Shown in pieces: positions 47,525 to 57,048 of a stretch of DNA of 64,000 nt; position 1 is the first letter of the stretch; each line of letters begins with the position of its first letter. The stretch is from contig OZ241986.1 of assembly GCA_965204375.1 (NCBI GenBank), forward strand, positions 1,056,001-1,120,000, in the 5' to 3' direction. The DNA comes from Candidatus Latescibacterota bacterium. Its GTDB lineage: Bacteria > Latescibacterota > UBA2968. The position numbers were made by a program, and so were the translations under genes. Below the pieces are notes generated by a model. It was not told where the DNA came from, made no database searches, and was given only the letters and a program-made list of their open reading frames with translations.

Positions 47525-49679
47525 AATCCTGCCAGCCCCAATCCAGATGGATCCGGGGTATGGAAAACTCGTAATACCAGCGAATACTCACGGGTTCGTG
47601 TTGAGGTTCCAGGTATGCATAAAAAAGAGCAGATCGGCCCGTCACTTCATCCAGCATCCCTGCAGGCGTGAGTTCCGACAACAGGTCCGGATCCTCTTCC
47701 ACTTCCAGGTAACGCAGCAAATCATCTGTATGGTTTTCGGCGCCGCTGGAACTCACCTGAACGGGTGTCTCATGTTCATTCCACCAGGGCAAGTCCGATG
47801 CTGGTTGAGATTCTCCGTCTGCTGTCTTTACCCAGATCGGTGTACTCCAGGCAAACTCTCCATCGTTCTGGCGAAGCCGTATGTAGTAGGCATTCTCTTT
47901 GAGCGGATGTTCATCCACGTAAGTCAGATCTACGTCCAGCGCGTTCGGACGCCAGGTCTTCATGCGTCGATCATTTCGGATGAGATCTACGCGCTGCACT
48001 GTTGCGCATGCGTGAGCTACCACGCGAATTCTGGCTGGGCCTGAAAGCTGTATCTCGCTGCCAGCGGGATTGCCCTCTATCGAAACCATCAGAATGATTC
48101 GAGCCCCAGTCGTTGCAAAGGTTCGTTTTTCAGCGACAGCTTGCCAGATGGCCTTTCGTTCACAGCGAGTGGCCCACACACCTGCCAGAGGGCCCGATCC
48201 AAATCCAGTGTCACGGATGTTGAGCACCTTGTTGAACCGGCCCCGGAAGCAATGGGGAGCCATTGGGGCGCCCAGTGTGGGCAGATGGATATCTCCCGAT
48301 CCGATAACGGCTGGTCGATAGCCGTACCTCAGTGCCTTCTGCAGGAGCCACTCAAAAGCGCCGTGACCGCTGGCCACTTCCAGCAGTGGTTCGACATTTG
48401 GCCGAAATGCGTCCCAATTTGGCGGCCCCCCTCCAACGTGGGATTCAAGAAGTACATCCTCCCGATCTCCGTAGGTTTCCAGCAGGGTTTCCATCGACGA
48501 AAAGGTCGGCAGGTACCCATCTTCCATCTCCTGGAACACAACGTTTCGGTCCCCTCCGGAGCGCGTGTGAACTTCCGATGCCAGAAAGGGCACATATATT
48601 CCGGGTTCATCGTGATTGGTATATGCCTGTTGAAAGGCTTCCCACAGTTCGGGTTCGTCAGCCTGATCTGGCGGCGACATGGGGCCTGGAGCCGCAAAAT
48701 CCAGCCGTCCCACTTCGCGGGCTTGCCTGTGTCGAGCATCCGGATCCAGCTTGAAGCTGGGCTCGTCCATCAGCGCCATGGACGTATCGCCCCAGGCGTG
48801 GGAGTGAAAGTCTCCCCAGAGCAGCCGGAAGTCCGGAGACTTCTGACAGAATATCGGATTGCTTCTGGCTCGAAGGTCTCCATCCCTCGCTTCAAGGCGA
48901 TAAACGCCCGGGTGGTCAATCTGAACGTCCTCCAACCTCAGGACGCCATTATGTACTGGCTCAAACACCGCTCGGTCCGGCAGGCCCGATACGTTGTCGG
49001 GGGCAGTTAACTGGACGACGCCCCGATATTGTTCACACACATTTCGATGGATATCGAAAGCGACCAGATTGAGGTGAAACGATTCGCCCTGTTCGACAAT
49101 GGATGGTCCCAGGATTCGCAGCATATCTGCGGATGCTTCTGAAGTAATGCGAATCCGGGTTTCTCCACCCGCGAGGCTGACAAATACACCATCGCCATTG
49201 CGATCTACCGCTGCCTCCAGTCGCGCCATTGTAGTCGCGTCATAAACTTCAGCACCTGGGCCACCCCCGCAGCGATCACCGATTCGCAATCTGACCCAAT
49301 CTCCCTTTCGAAGGATCCCTTTTGACACGCGAATCCTCGCAACTTCGGGTTCGTGACCATGGTCGGAATTGACAGCCAGGTCCAGCCTGGCGTCAGAATT
49401 TGACGCCATTGTCACATAATCGCGTCCCAGTGGGTTATTCAGCTGAGGGGCGTGGCCCATGAGGAATCCGCGGCGGAAGAAGCAGAATCCTCCACCATCC
49501 CGCACATCCGCTGCAGCAGTAAATGTGATCTCCCACGTGCCGATTTTCCCAGCAGGCAGATTGAATGTGGATCCCGATGTAACAGAACCATCTGCACCCC
49601 GAAACAGGACCTCAAATCCGTCGGGTTCATCCCCGGAAATCGAGGCATGAATCCACTCTATGCGAGCGCTTTTTGACAT
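47493..49679 (-). CDS. DUF3604-like / PHP-fold metal-dependent hydrolase
   Basis: WGDFHSH, GDRNV, EVASGHG, GSGDIH, RTFATTGARI, YYIRLRQ...AWSTPIW. Confidence 0.7.
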   Translation of the reverse strand: MSKSARIEWIHASISGDEPDGFEVLFRGADGSVTSGSTFNLPAGKIGTWEITFTAAADVRDGGGFCFFRRGFLMGHAPQLNNPLGRDYVTMASNSDARLDLAVNSDHGHEPEVARIRVSKGILRKGDWVRLRIGDRCGGGPGAEVYDATTMARLEAAVDRNGDGVFVSLAGGETRIRITSEASADMLRILGPSIVEQGESFHLNLVAFDIHRNVCEQYRGVVQLTAPDNVSGLPDRAVFEPVHNGVLRLEDVQIDHPGVYRLEARDGDLRARSNPIFCQKSPDFRLLWGDFHSHAWGDTSMALMDEPSFKLDPDARHRQAREVGRLDFAAPGPMSPPDQADEPELWEAFQQAYTNHDEPGIYVPFLASEVHTRSGGDRNVVFQEMEDGYLPTFSSMETLLETYGDREDVLLESHVGGGPPNWDAFRPNVEPLLEVASGHGAFEWLLQKALRYGYRPAVIGSGDIHLPTLGAPMAPHCFRGRFNKVLNIRDTGFGSGPLAGVWATRCERKAIWQAVAEKRTFATTGARIILMVSIEGNPAGSEIQLSGPARIRVVAHACATVQRVDLIRNDRRMKTWRPNALDVDLTYVDEHPLKENAYYIRLRQNDGEFAWSTPIWVKTADGESQPASDLPWWNEHETPVQVSSSGAENHTDDLLRYLEVEEDPDLLSELTPAGMLDEVTGRSALFYAYLEPQHEPVSIRWYYEFSIPRIHLDWGWQDFGTKSDRGKD

Positions 49680-50959
49680 ACGGTATCATCCGTTAATTCA
49701 GAAAGCCGCGAACGGTTGTCATATACCTTCTGAAATGCCTCTGCCGTTTGTTCGACCCAGATCGGATCGGGATCTACAGGGGTAGATAGCCAGAAGCACG
49801 TGCCATGTATCCTTTCGCTGATCGGCAGGCTGCCTGGTCGATACGATTTCCGCGCGTTATCTGGAAGATATCCCCAGGGACCCCCAAGGTCCTCGAATGA
49901 GAAATCGTTGAACAATGACTCCAGATGCATCACACCATACCCGTAAGGCGTTATCTCCGGTTTTGTCCGCACTCCTTCGGCTACCAGCGCTTCCAGAACC
50001 TTCGACACGGGTACTCCATAGACTTCAGGATCGACCAAACCCGCATACAACAGGAGACCGCCGCGGGTAGCCTTTGGATAGACCTTCTGAGTCTCAACCC
50101 CCTCTACATTCTCGAGAAGTTCGTCCATTTGGGCAAACCACTTTCGGCGCTTTTCGTTGAGCTCTGACAGGCGTTCGAGCCGTCCTCGAGCCATCGCGAT
50201 ACCAAAGGGATTCGCCCTGTATTTGACGCCCAGACCCATGTTGTGCAATCCCTTAAACCGATCGGTTTTCCACGATTCCCCGCAACGACCGTACTGCCCC
50301 AATGCCATCATCTGGTCGAAGAGATCATCGTCATCTGTTACCACCACCCCGGCTTCCAATCCCGTAACCGGCTTGTTGCCCTGCAGACTGAAGCATCCAA
50401 TGTGGCCAATGCTGCCCACTGGCTTGCCATCCCACAGAGCGCCGTGTGCGTGAGAGGCGTCTTCAATCAGCTTGATATCGGTTCCGGCGATCAGGTCCAG
50501 CAGTCCATCCATATCCGCGGGATTCCCATAAACGTGTGTGACGACAATCGCGCATGTCCTGTCTGTGATTCGTTGTTTTACATCTTCTGGATCCGCACAG
50601 AAGGTGTTCGGATCTACTTCGCAGAATACGGGTGTTGCGCCGCAATGGAGGATGGGTGAAATCGTGGCATGCCAGGTGACTGAGGGCACGATCACTTCTT
50701 TGCCAACACGGGCACCCGTAGCAAAAATGGCCGAGTGCAAAGCTGCGGTTCCGTTGCACGTACAGATCGCGTGCTGCGTCTTTACCAGTTTGCTGAAATC
50801 AGATTCGAAGAGCTCGAGATGTCCCCGGGCTTTTTTCGGATCGTCCAGCACCTCGTTCACGTACGACTTTTCAAGCGGCCCGATATTTTCCCACCCATCT
50901 CCTACCGGAGCCGTAACGGCCTTTGGGCCTCCTTCAATTGCCAGAAGTGATTGTGCCAT
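49658..50959 (-). CDS. DegT/DnrJ/EryC1/StrS family PLP aminotransferase
   Basis: NGTAALH, EDASHAHGA, FSLQGNK (PLP Lys), G.KYR. Confidence 0.92.
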   Translation of the reverse strand: MAQSLLAIEGGPKAVTAPVGDGWENIGPLEKSYVNEVLDDPKKARGHLELFESDFSKLVKTQHAICTCNGTAALHSAIFATGARVGKEVIVPSVTWHATISPILHCGATPVFCEVDPNTFCADPEDVKQRITDRTCAIVVTHVYGNPADMDGLLDLIAGTDIKLIEDASHAHGALWDGKPVGSIGHIGCFSLQGNKPVTGLEAGVVVTDDDDLFDQMMALGQYGRCGESWKTDRFKGLHNMGLGVKYRANPFGIAMARGRLERLSELNEKRRKWFAQMDELLENVEGVETQKVYPKATRGGLLLYAGLVDPEVYGVPVSKVLEALVAEGVRTKPEITPYGYGVMHLESLFNDFSFEDLGGPWGYLPDNARKSYRPGSLPISERIHGTCFWLSTPVDPDPIWVEQTAEAFQKVYDNRSRLSELTDDTVCQKALA

Positions 50960-51016
50960 GGTATTCTCCTTGCTGCGTCCAGTTCAGCGAGTCGTTGGGT
51001 TGCCATAAACTCAGTC

Positions 51017-52378
51017 TCAGTAAATCTCACGATTTCTTTTTTTAAAACGCAAGTTTTTGACCCGGTTTCCCGTCAGTTTGAACCCCGTAACTTGTCCCGT
51101 ATCGTCTCGCGTAAAATGAACTTCTGGGAAAAACCACACATCCCCAACGAAGTGACCGTCGGCACAGGTTAGCGATATGTCGTCATGCCGTCTGTGTTGC
51201 GCCACAAGCCGGTCCCCTCGCACACCAATGGTATAGGTGGTATCGAGTTCTTCGGTGTAATAATCGCCTTCGAATTCTGACAACTGTTCTGGTGATAGGG
51301 GAGGTGTCTCGGTGCGTTCAGAGGGTTGCGTATCCGGGCTGGTTTCTTTGGGAGCAAGGACATCAGCGAGATAGAGATCAGCGATCTTTCTCGCCAGATT
51401 AAGCGGATTAAAGGTGTCCAGATTGCACAATATGACAACGCCAAATTTCTGGGCTGGAAAGCGTATGAGATGGCTGCGAAACCCTCGCCATGATCCGCTG
51501 TGTCCGACCGTTTTCAGCGCTCTGTACTCGCCGATGTCCAATCCGAAGGCGTAGCTGATCTGTTCGCCATTATTGAGAAGCCCTCGCTGATGCATCTGCT
51601 CAACCACTGCCTGTCCGCCTATTCGTGCATCGTCAAAGTTCAGAATCCACTTTGCCAGATCTTCCACGGTTGAATGGAGAGAACTCGAACCGAGAGCGGT
51701 TAAGTTGTTCACAGCATTCTTGAACCCATCATCTTTCACGGAAAAATAGGAATACGCCCGGTTTTTCACGATCATCTCGTGGTCATCGTAAAAGTGGGTG
51801 CTGGTCATGGCGAGGGGCTTAAAGATGTTGGCGTCCGTCCATTCGCGAAATGAATCTCCCGTTATTGTTTCAACGATTTCTGCCAGCAGATTATATCCCG
51901 TATTTGAGTATAAAAACGCTGTTCCTGGCTCGAAATTGAGTTCTTTCTGACGCCTTACCATTTTCAAAATATGCTTAAACGATATTACGTCATCCATCTC
52001 TCCGCCCGCGATGACGAGTGCCTGTACCCAATCCCGCAATCCACTCGTGTGATGCACCAGATGTCGGATCGTTATTTTTGTTCCAAAATCCGGGACATCG
52101 GGCAAGTGCATCCGAATATCGTCATCCAGCGAAAGTTTCCCTTCATGTACCAATGTGGCGATGGCAAAGCCCGCAAATTGCTTGGAGACCGAAGCAATGT
52201 CGAAGATGGTTGTCGGCACAATCGGGATGTCGTATTCCAGATTCGCCATACCGTATCCGCATTTGTAGATAATTTCACCGTCTTTGATAACCGACAGGGC
52301 CGCGCCAGGGGAGTCTGGCTTGTCCCATTCCGCGAATACACGATCGACTTTTGCCTCAAGTGACTCGTGATTTGTCAT
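51017..52378 (-). CDS. Serine hydrolase, beta-lactamase class C-like family
   Basis: SVSK (SxxK), YSN, HSG; C-terminal accessory domain; no signal peptide. Confidence 0.88.
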   Translation of the reverse strand: MTNHESLEAKVDRVFAEWDKPDSPGAALSVIKDGEIIYKCGYGMANLEYDIPIVPTTIFDIASVSKQFAGFAIATLVHEGKLSLDDDIRMHLPDVPDFGTKITIRHLVHHTSGLRDWVQALVIAGGEMDDVISFKHILKMVRRQKELNFEPGTAFLYSNTGYNLLAEIVETITGDSFREWTDANIFKPLAMTSTHFYDDHEMIVKNRAYSYFSVKDDGFKNAVNNLTALGSSSLHSTVEDLAKWILNFDDARIGGQAVVEQMHQRGLLNNGEQISYAFGLDIGEYRALKTVGHSGSWRGFRSHLIRFPAQKFGVVILCNLDTFNPLNLARKIADLYLADVLAPKETSPDTQPSERTETPPLSPEQLSEFEGDYYTEELDTTYTIGVRGDRLVAQHRRHDDISLTCADGHFVGDVWFFPEVHFTRDDTGQVTGFKLTGNRVKNLRFKKRNREIY

Positions 52379-52391
52379 TGGTCACCTCTTC

Positions 52392-53183
52392 TCAGATCAT
52401 GCCCGTCACTTGCATCGCGGCTCTGGCAATCTCGGAGAGCGCGCATTCGCCGGTGACGCGATCGCCGAGTTTTAGACTGTAGAGCGCAATCACCATCGTC
52501 CCTATCGGAGATTCGATGAAGCCGACCTCATTGATTACACCCCGATTCGAGCCGGTTTTGGAACCCCAGCGATAGGTCTTAGAAGTCGGCACATATCGGC
52601 CGATGCGGCGACCGTTTTGTTGCAGGGTTAAGGTGGTGAGCATGGCCTGACAGGCTGCGGGGGAGGCGGCCTGGTCGTCGAGAATTGTCTTGACGACGGC
52701 AGTGTATTCATTGGGTGTAGCCCAATTTTCCTGTTCCCCATCAACCGCGAGGCGTCCGCGCATGGGACGTCCGAGGCAGGAGGCGGTCATACCGAGTTCT
52801 CGCATTGTCGCGTTGATGCGATCCATTCCGGCTGCTTCAATCAATATGTTGGTGGCGGTGTTGTCGCTTATGGACATCATTAGGTAGAGAAGATCTCCAA
52901 ACGACAGTTGCAATCCGGTATGCATGTGTCGCAGCACACCACTGCCAGGGGATTTATCCACAGAGCGGACGGTGTATGTGTCGTCGAGCGCGAGTGTGCC
53001 GCGATCCATAGCTCTGTAGATCTCGATCATGATCGGGATTTTAACTGTGCTGGCCGCTGGAAACTGATGATCACCCCGTGATGCCCAGCGCTCACCCTGA
53101 GGCGAGATCACACTGACGCCGATCGTGCCGGGCGATTCGTACTCTTTAACCGTTTGTTCCAGCCTGCTCCAGTCTGTGGTCAT
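52392..53183 (-). CDS. Serine hydrolase, class A beta-lactamase-like fold
   Basis: STVK, SDN, KTG; no signal peptide. Confidence 0.87.
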   Translation of the reverse strand: MTTDWSRLEQTVKEYESPGTIGVSVISPQGERWASRGDHQFPAASTVKIPIMIEIYRAMDRGTLALDDTYTVRSVDKSPGSGVLRHMHTGLQLSFGDLLYLMMSISDNTATNILIEAAGMDRINATMRELGMTASCLGRPMRGRLAVDGEQENWATPNEYTAVVKTILDDQAASPAACQAMLTTLTLQQNGRRIGRYVPTSKTYRWGSKTGSNRGVINEVGFIESPIGTMVIALYSLKLGDRVTGECALSEIARAAMQVTGMI

Positions 53184-53191
53184 ACGGCCTC

Positions 53192-54241
53192 TCAATCAAC
53201 AATGGGCAAGTGAATTGTTGCGCCGCGTTCGACGGAGCGGAATACTGCTTCGGTGAATTCCATGTATTTCACGCCCTGATAGAAGGTTGATTCGGCGGGT
53301 TTGCCGGTTTTGATCATGTCGATAAAATCCGCCTCAACCGTCCATTCGCGCATGTCGGATGCGGGGACATCCAATTCCTGTAATGCGCCATCGCTGGATT
53401 TGGCTCCCAATATCCGTTGCTCGTCCAAAACGGGTGAGGTTTCGTAAATGAGTGTGCCGTCCGTGCCATAGATTTCAATGCTTTCCCCCGGTGCGTGATG
53501 CGCGGTGCCGGAGAAGAGATAGACCGCAGTTGCGCCGCTTTCCATTTGTGCCAAAATATTCACGGTGTCTGGGCGGTCAACCGGTCCCATGCCGTCTTCT
53601 GTGGCGCGCTCGGTGACATAAGTTTCTGCATGTGCGGATACGGACTTGGTGTAGCCACACCAGCGGTGTACAAATTCTACCAGCATGCCCACGCTCATGG
53701 TGTTTAAGCCGGAGAATCGACCGATCTGTCGCCAGTGTAGCGGAGTATTGGGATCAATACCGCCGGGCGTCATTGAGCGGATGACGATGTTGCGAATATC
53801 GCCAACATATCCTTCGGCGATCAACCGCTGCATGAACCAGTCGCCTTTTAATGCGTGCGGTGGCTGGCATATCTGGTGCGCGAGTTCTGATTCCATTGCT
53901 GCGGCATACATGACCTTTGCTTCGCGCAAGTTCATTGCCATACGCGCCTGCACAAATGCATGCTTGCCCGCCTTGAGCGATTCGAGTACAAACTCACAGT
54001 GTTTGTACGGCCATGTGCCTATCATTACGGCATCGATGTCATCTCGCGCAATGAGCGCGTAGGGATCGGTCATCAGGTCGGAAGTTAATCCAAATTCGGC
54101 CGCAATTTTGCCGCCACTCTCTTCACTGCGGTTGCAAATTGCCACGACCTCGGCATCGTCAATTGGAGCCAATCCCGGAAAGTGGCGGGTGCGAAAAATA
54201 CCGCCCGCACCAATAATACCAATGCGAATGTTATCTGCCAT
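53192..54241 (-). CDS. Gfo/Idh/MocA family oxidoreductase (paralog 2)
   Basis: Near-identical N-terminus to 38453-39490; GGAGG RBS. Confidence 0.9.
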   Translation of the reverse strand: MADNIRIGIIGAGGIFRTRHFPGLAPIDDAEVVAICNRSEESGGKIAAEFGLTSDLMTDPYALIARDDIDAVMIGTWPYKHCEFVLESLKAGKHAFVQARMAMNLREAKVMYAAAMESELAHQICQPPHALKGDWFMQRLIAEGYVGDIRNIVIRSMTPGGIDPNTPLHWRQIGRFSGLNTMSVGMLVEFVHRWCGYTKSVSAHAETYVTERATEDGMGPVDRPDTVNILAQMESGATAVYLFSGTAHHAPGESIEIYGTDGTLIYETSPVLDEQRILGAKSSDGALQELDVPASDMREWTVEADFIDMIKTGKPAESTFYQGVKYMEFTEAVFRSVERGATIHLPIVD

Positions 54242-54254
54242 TACAACCTCCATT

Positions 54255-55250
54255 TTACTGCATAGTTAGATCTTCGTAACTCGTTAGATGATATTCATAT
54301 CCCAGATAGTCCAGCAAATTGCACAGGGCGCGGAATGCCACGCCAAAACCATCGATACCACTAAAGCCGCCGAATTGTCCACCGCCCTTTACATGCGGTT
54401 CCAGATCGATAAATACACCCGGTACACCCAGTTCCTGAAACTGGCTTTGCAGGCGCGGCACGAGGGTCTTAAAGTCTCGCAGGACCATTTCATGTCCGGC
54501 ATCGCCCTGATCGACGGGGATAAATCGCGTCAATCCTCTCTTTGTTGCGCGATCCAGCATCGGTTGATTGGCTGGCGCGTTAAATCCTTTGATGTGGATC
54601 CATCCCAATCCGGGCTTTGTTTTTTCATATTCGGCAAAAACGCTGTCCGGGCTGTGTCCCATGCTTTCCATATTGCCCACATCCATGATGATGCAGGTGT
54701 TGGGACTGTCGATCTTTTCGTGTAATGCGATCAGTGTTTCGCCATCTCCACCGATTAAATGCGATTCTACTTCAGAGCCGTAGATGAGACCTTCGCTTGC
54801 ACACAGGGCCACAATTTCTGAGAGTTGGTCCGCCGCTTGATTTAGATGAGGCCAGGGATCGGTCCCATGTGGATGGTAATAGCTAAAGCCGCGGATGAGT
54901 TTTGTGTCAAATGCATGGGCGAGTTCGATGGCGCGTTTGACATCTGTCTCCAGATATTCCTTAAACGGCACATAGCGATTGTCGGTCCCGTCATCCACGT
55001 CCAGCAATTTTACTTTTCCAAGCGGGGAACCAATACTCGATACCGAAATACCAAATTCACCGTGCAATTTTTGGAGTTGTACAATCTCCTGCGCGGTCAA
55101 TTCCATTGCGTTCTTTACCCCGTTGCCCACGTCGATAAACCGAATGGTGTAATAAGACAAACCGAGCGCGCGCATCATGGTAAATTGCTCTTCGGCGCGC
55201 TTGCTCTCCGGTCCTTCGTCGGCAAAACCCGATAAAATCACCTCTGCCAC
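54255..55250 (-). CDS. Sugar phosphate isomerase/epimerase (TIM barrel)
   Basis: LSGFADE, SSIGSPLGK, IRGFSYY, D.GN, HIK, LEPH. Confidence 0.85.
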   Translation of the reverse strand: MAEVILSGFADEGPESKRAEEQFTMMRALGLSYYTIRFIDVGNGVKNAMELTAQEIVQLQKLHGEFGISVSSIGSPLGKVKLLDVDDGTDNRYVPFKEYLETDVKRAIELAHAFDTKLIRGFSYYHPHGTDPWPHLNQAADQLSEIVALCASEGLIYGSEVESHLIGGDGETLIALHEKIDSPNTCIIMDVGNMESMGHSPDSVFAEYEKTKPGLGWIHIKGFNAPANQPMLDRATKRGLTRFIPVDQGDAGHEMVLRDFKTLVPRLQSQFQELGVPGVFIDLEPHVKGGGQFGGFSGIDGFGVAFRALCNLLDYLGYEYHLTSYEDLTMQ

Positions 55251-55264
55251 AATAATACTCCTTT

Positions 55265-55702
55265 CTATGGATCAGGCCAAAGCACGGGAATCAATCGCTG
55301 TGTGCCAGTGCCCTGATCGCAACTTGGCGTAATCTCAATTGATTGACTATCCCTGAAATCCACGTTGGCCAATACAACGGCTGATAAAAAAGTACACGAT
55401 CCTCCGGGGGCTATTTCAGCGGGTGTACATACATCTTCGCTCATCCCCAACAAGGTGCCGTTTTCACCCAACACGCGCACGCTTACCTTAAGGCCCGTGA
55501 GACCCAAACCCGATTGGCTGTCAAGATTACCATTAATGCGGATAAAGCTCGGATCTTCAGGTGTAACCGCAGCCTCTCCTATAATGGATGGGTTGCCCAA
55601 AACGACTAAATCTTCGGACATGAAAACCCGCGACCCGGCAGAGTCGTCTTTAGAACATCCGAATAAAAAAAAGACGGACAAAAGTCCAATGATGTATTTC
55701 AT
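55265..55702 (-). CDS. Putative lipoprotein (Ig-like fold)
   Basis: MKYIIGLLSVFFLFGC lipobox; GAGGA RBS. Confidence 0.7.
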   Translation of the reverse strand: MKYIIGLLSVFFLFGCSKDDSAGSRVFMSEDLVVLGNPSIIGEAAVTPEDPSFIRINGNLDSQSGLGLTGLKVSVRVLGENGTLLGMSEDVCTPAEIAPGGSCTFLSAVVLANVDFRDSQSIEITPSCDQGTGTQRLIPVLWPDP

Positions 55703-55796
55703 CGCTGTGTCCTCTGTTGTGTGATACGGCTCGTTTGACGCAACAATATACACGCCAAAACCGTATCGGGCAAGGGGGGTATCAGCAGTCAGCTGG

Positions 55797-56177
55797 CTAC
55801 TGACTGATTTCCTCAAAATCAAATGTCACCACATTCTGCACGCCCGATAGATTCAAACGCGGGGCAAATGCCATTGTCAATGCAATTTTCTGCACCTGTC
55901 CCGCGTCAAATCTGGAAAACCGATGGGTTGCACGGGCAATTTCTTCGCTGTCAGCGGTCCGCAATTTCCAGGTCATGATAAATGGACTGATTATCGGTAC
56001 TGGTCCCGTATTGACGACATCGACCAGGATATTGACTCCCACAATATCACCCGCCGCATTGTGGATCGGCTCGCGGTGTACGTTGGCTATGGACATAAAA
56101 TCCGAAAGTATCTCGTTTTCAGGCGATATGGGAACGCCGCCACAGCCGAGCAAAAGACATACGAGCAGCCATCTCAT
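55797..56177 (-). CDS. Putative lipoprotein (CARDB-like)
   Basis: MRWLLVCLLLGC lipobox; V.NTG motif. Confidence 0.68.
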   Translation of the reverse strand: MRWLLVCLLLGCGGVPISPENEILSDFMSIANVHREPIHNAAGDIVGVNILVDVVNTGPVPIISPFIMTWKLRTADSEEIARATHRFSRFDAGQVQKIALTMAFAPRLNLSGVQNVVTFDFEEISQ

Positions 56178-56184
56178 GGATTAT

Positions 56185-56964
56185 TTACTTTCCAAAATAC
56201 GCTATGCCTATCAGGCCGATGAGCCAACAATAATAGGCAAATTGTGCAAAATGTCCGCCACTGAGCAATCTCAGGAGCCATCGAATGGCAAATACCCCGG
56301 ATGCATAAGCGACAATAGCACCAATCAGCAGGGGCCATAGTGCGTTCATTTGCGGGGGGTGGGTGAGCAGGCCGCCAACTTCTAATGCGGTTGCGCCCAA
56401 AATGATGGGGATGGATAATAAAAAAGAAAATGTTGCGGCTTCGCGACCGTCTATCCCGCGCCACAGACCCATGCCAATGGTTGATCCCGATCTGGAAATT
56501 CCCGGCAATACGGCGAGGGCCTGGGCAAAGCCGATTAAAATGGCGTCTAAAAATGTAATTTTCACGCGGTTTGCGCGCGCAAACCGCGTGCTCCACAAAA
56601 TACAGCCGGTCGCGATCAAGAATCCGCATACGGCGACCGGACTGGCGAAAGCCTCTTTGAGCATGTCTTTGAACAAGATTCCCACGACGCCAGCGGGGAT
56701 AGAGCCGATTACCAACAGGTAGATTGTGTGCCAGGATGCGCTGTCGCGCCGCAAACATCCGGCGAGTAGGTTGCTGATTCGCGCTCGCAATGCGGTCACT
56801 ATAGCCAGCAAAGTCCCAAAGTGTACGATCACTTCAAAGGTGACATTACCGGTTTTAATACCCCATGCCGCTTGTCCCAATGCGAGATGTCCCGAACTGC
56901 TTACGGGCAAAAATTCGGTCAGCCCTTGCAATAGTCCCAGGAGTATGGCTTCATAAGGTGTCAA
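56185..56964 (-). CDS. uppP: Undecaprenyl-diphosphate phosphatase
   Basis: QGLTEFLPVSSSGHL, PGISRSGSTI, FSFLLSIP. Confidence 0.96.
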   Translation of the reverse strand: MTPYEAILLGLLQGLTEFLPVSSSGHLALGQAAWGIKTGNVTFEVIVHFGTLLAIVTALRARISNLLAGCLRRDSASWHTIYLLVIGSIPAGVVGILFKDMLKEAFASPVAVCGFLIATGCILWSTRFARANRVKITFLDAILIGFAQALAVLPGISRSGSTIGMGLWRGIDGREAATFSFLLSIPIILGATALEVGGLLTHPPQMNALWPLLIGAIVAYASGVFAIRWLLRLLSGGHFAQFAYYCWLIGLIGIAYFGK

Positions 56965-56974
56965 GAGTAACCCC

Positions 56975-57021
56975 TGTCTGAATCAGGATGTACAGGATTT
57001 TAGGATTTTCAGGATTACAGG
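56975..57021 (+). repeat. Dispersed AGGAT-core repeat element, copy 1
   Basis: TGTCTGAATCAGGATGTACAGGATTTTAGGATTTTCAGGAT; similar to reverse complement of 62610-62650. Confidence 0.75.
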
Positions 57022-57048
57022 CAAAGCGAAAAGAGTAGGCGGAGTAGG

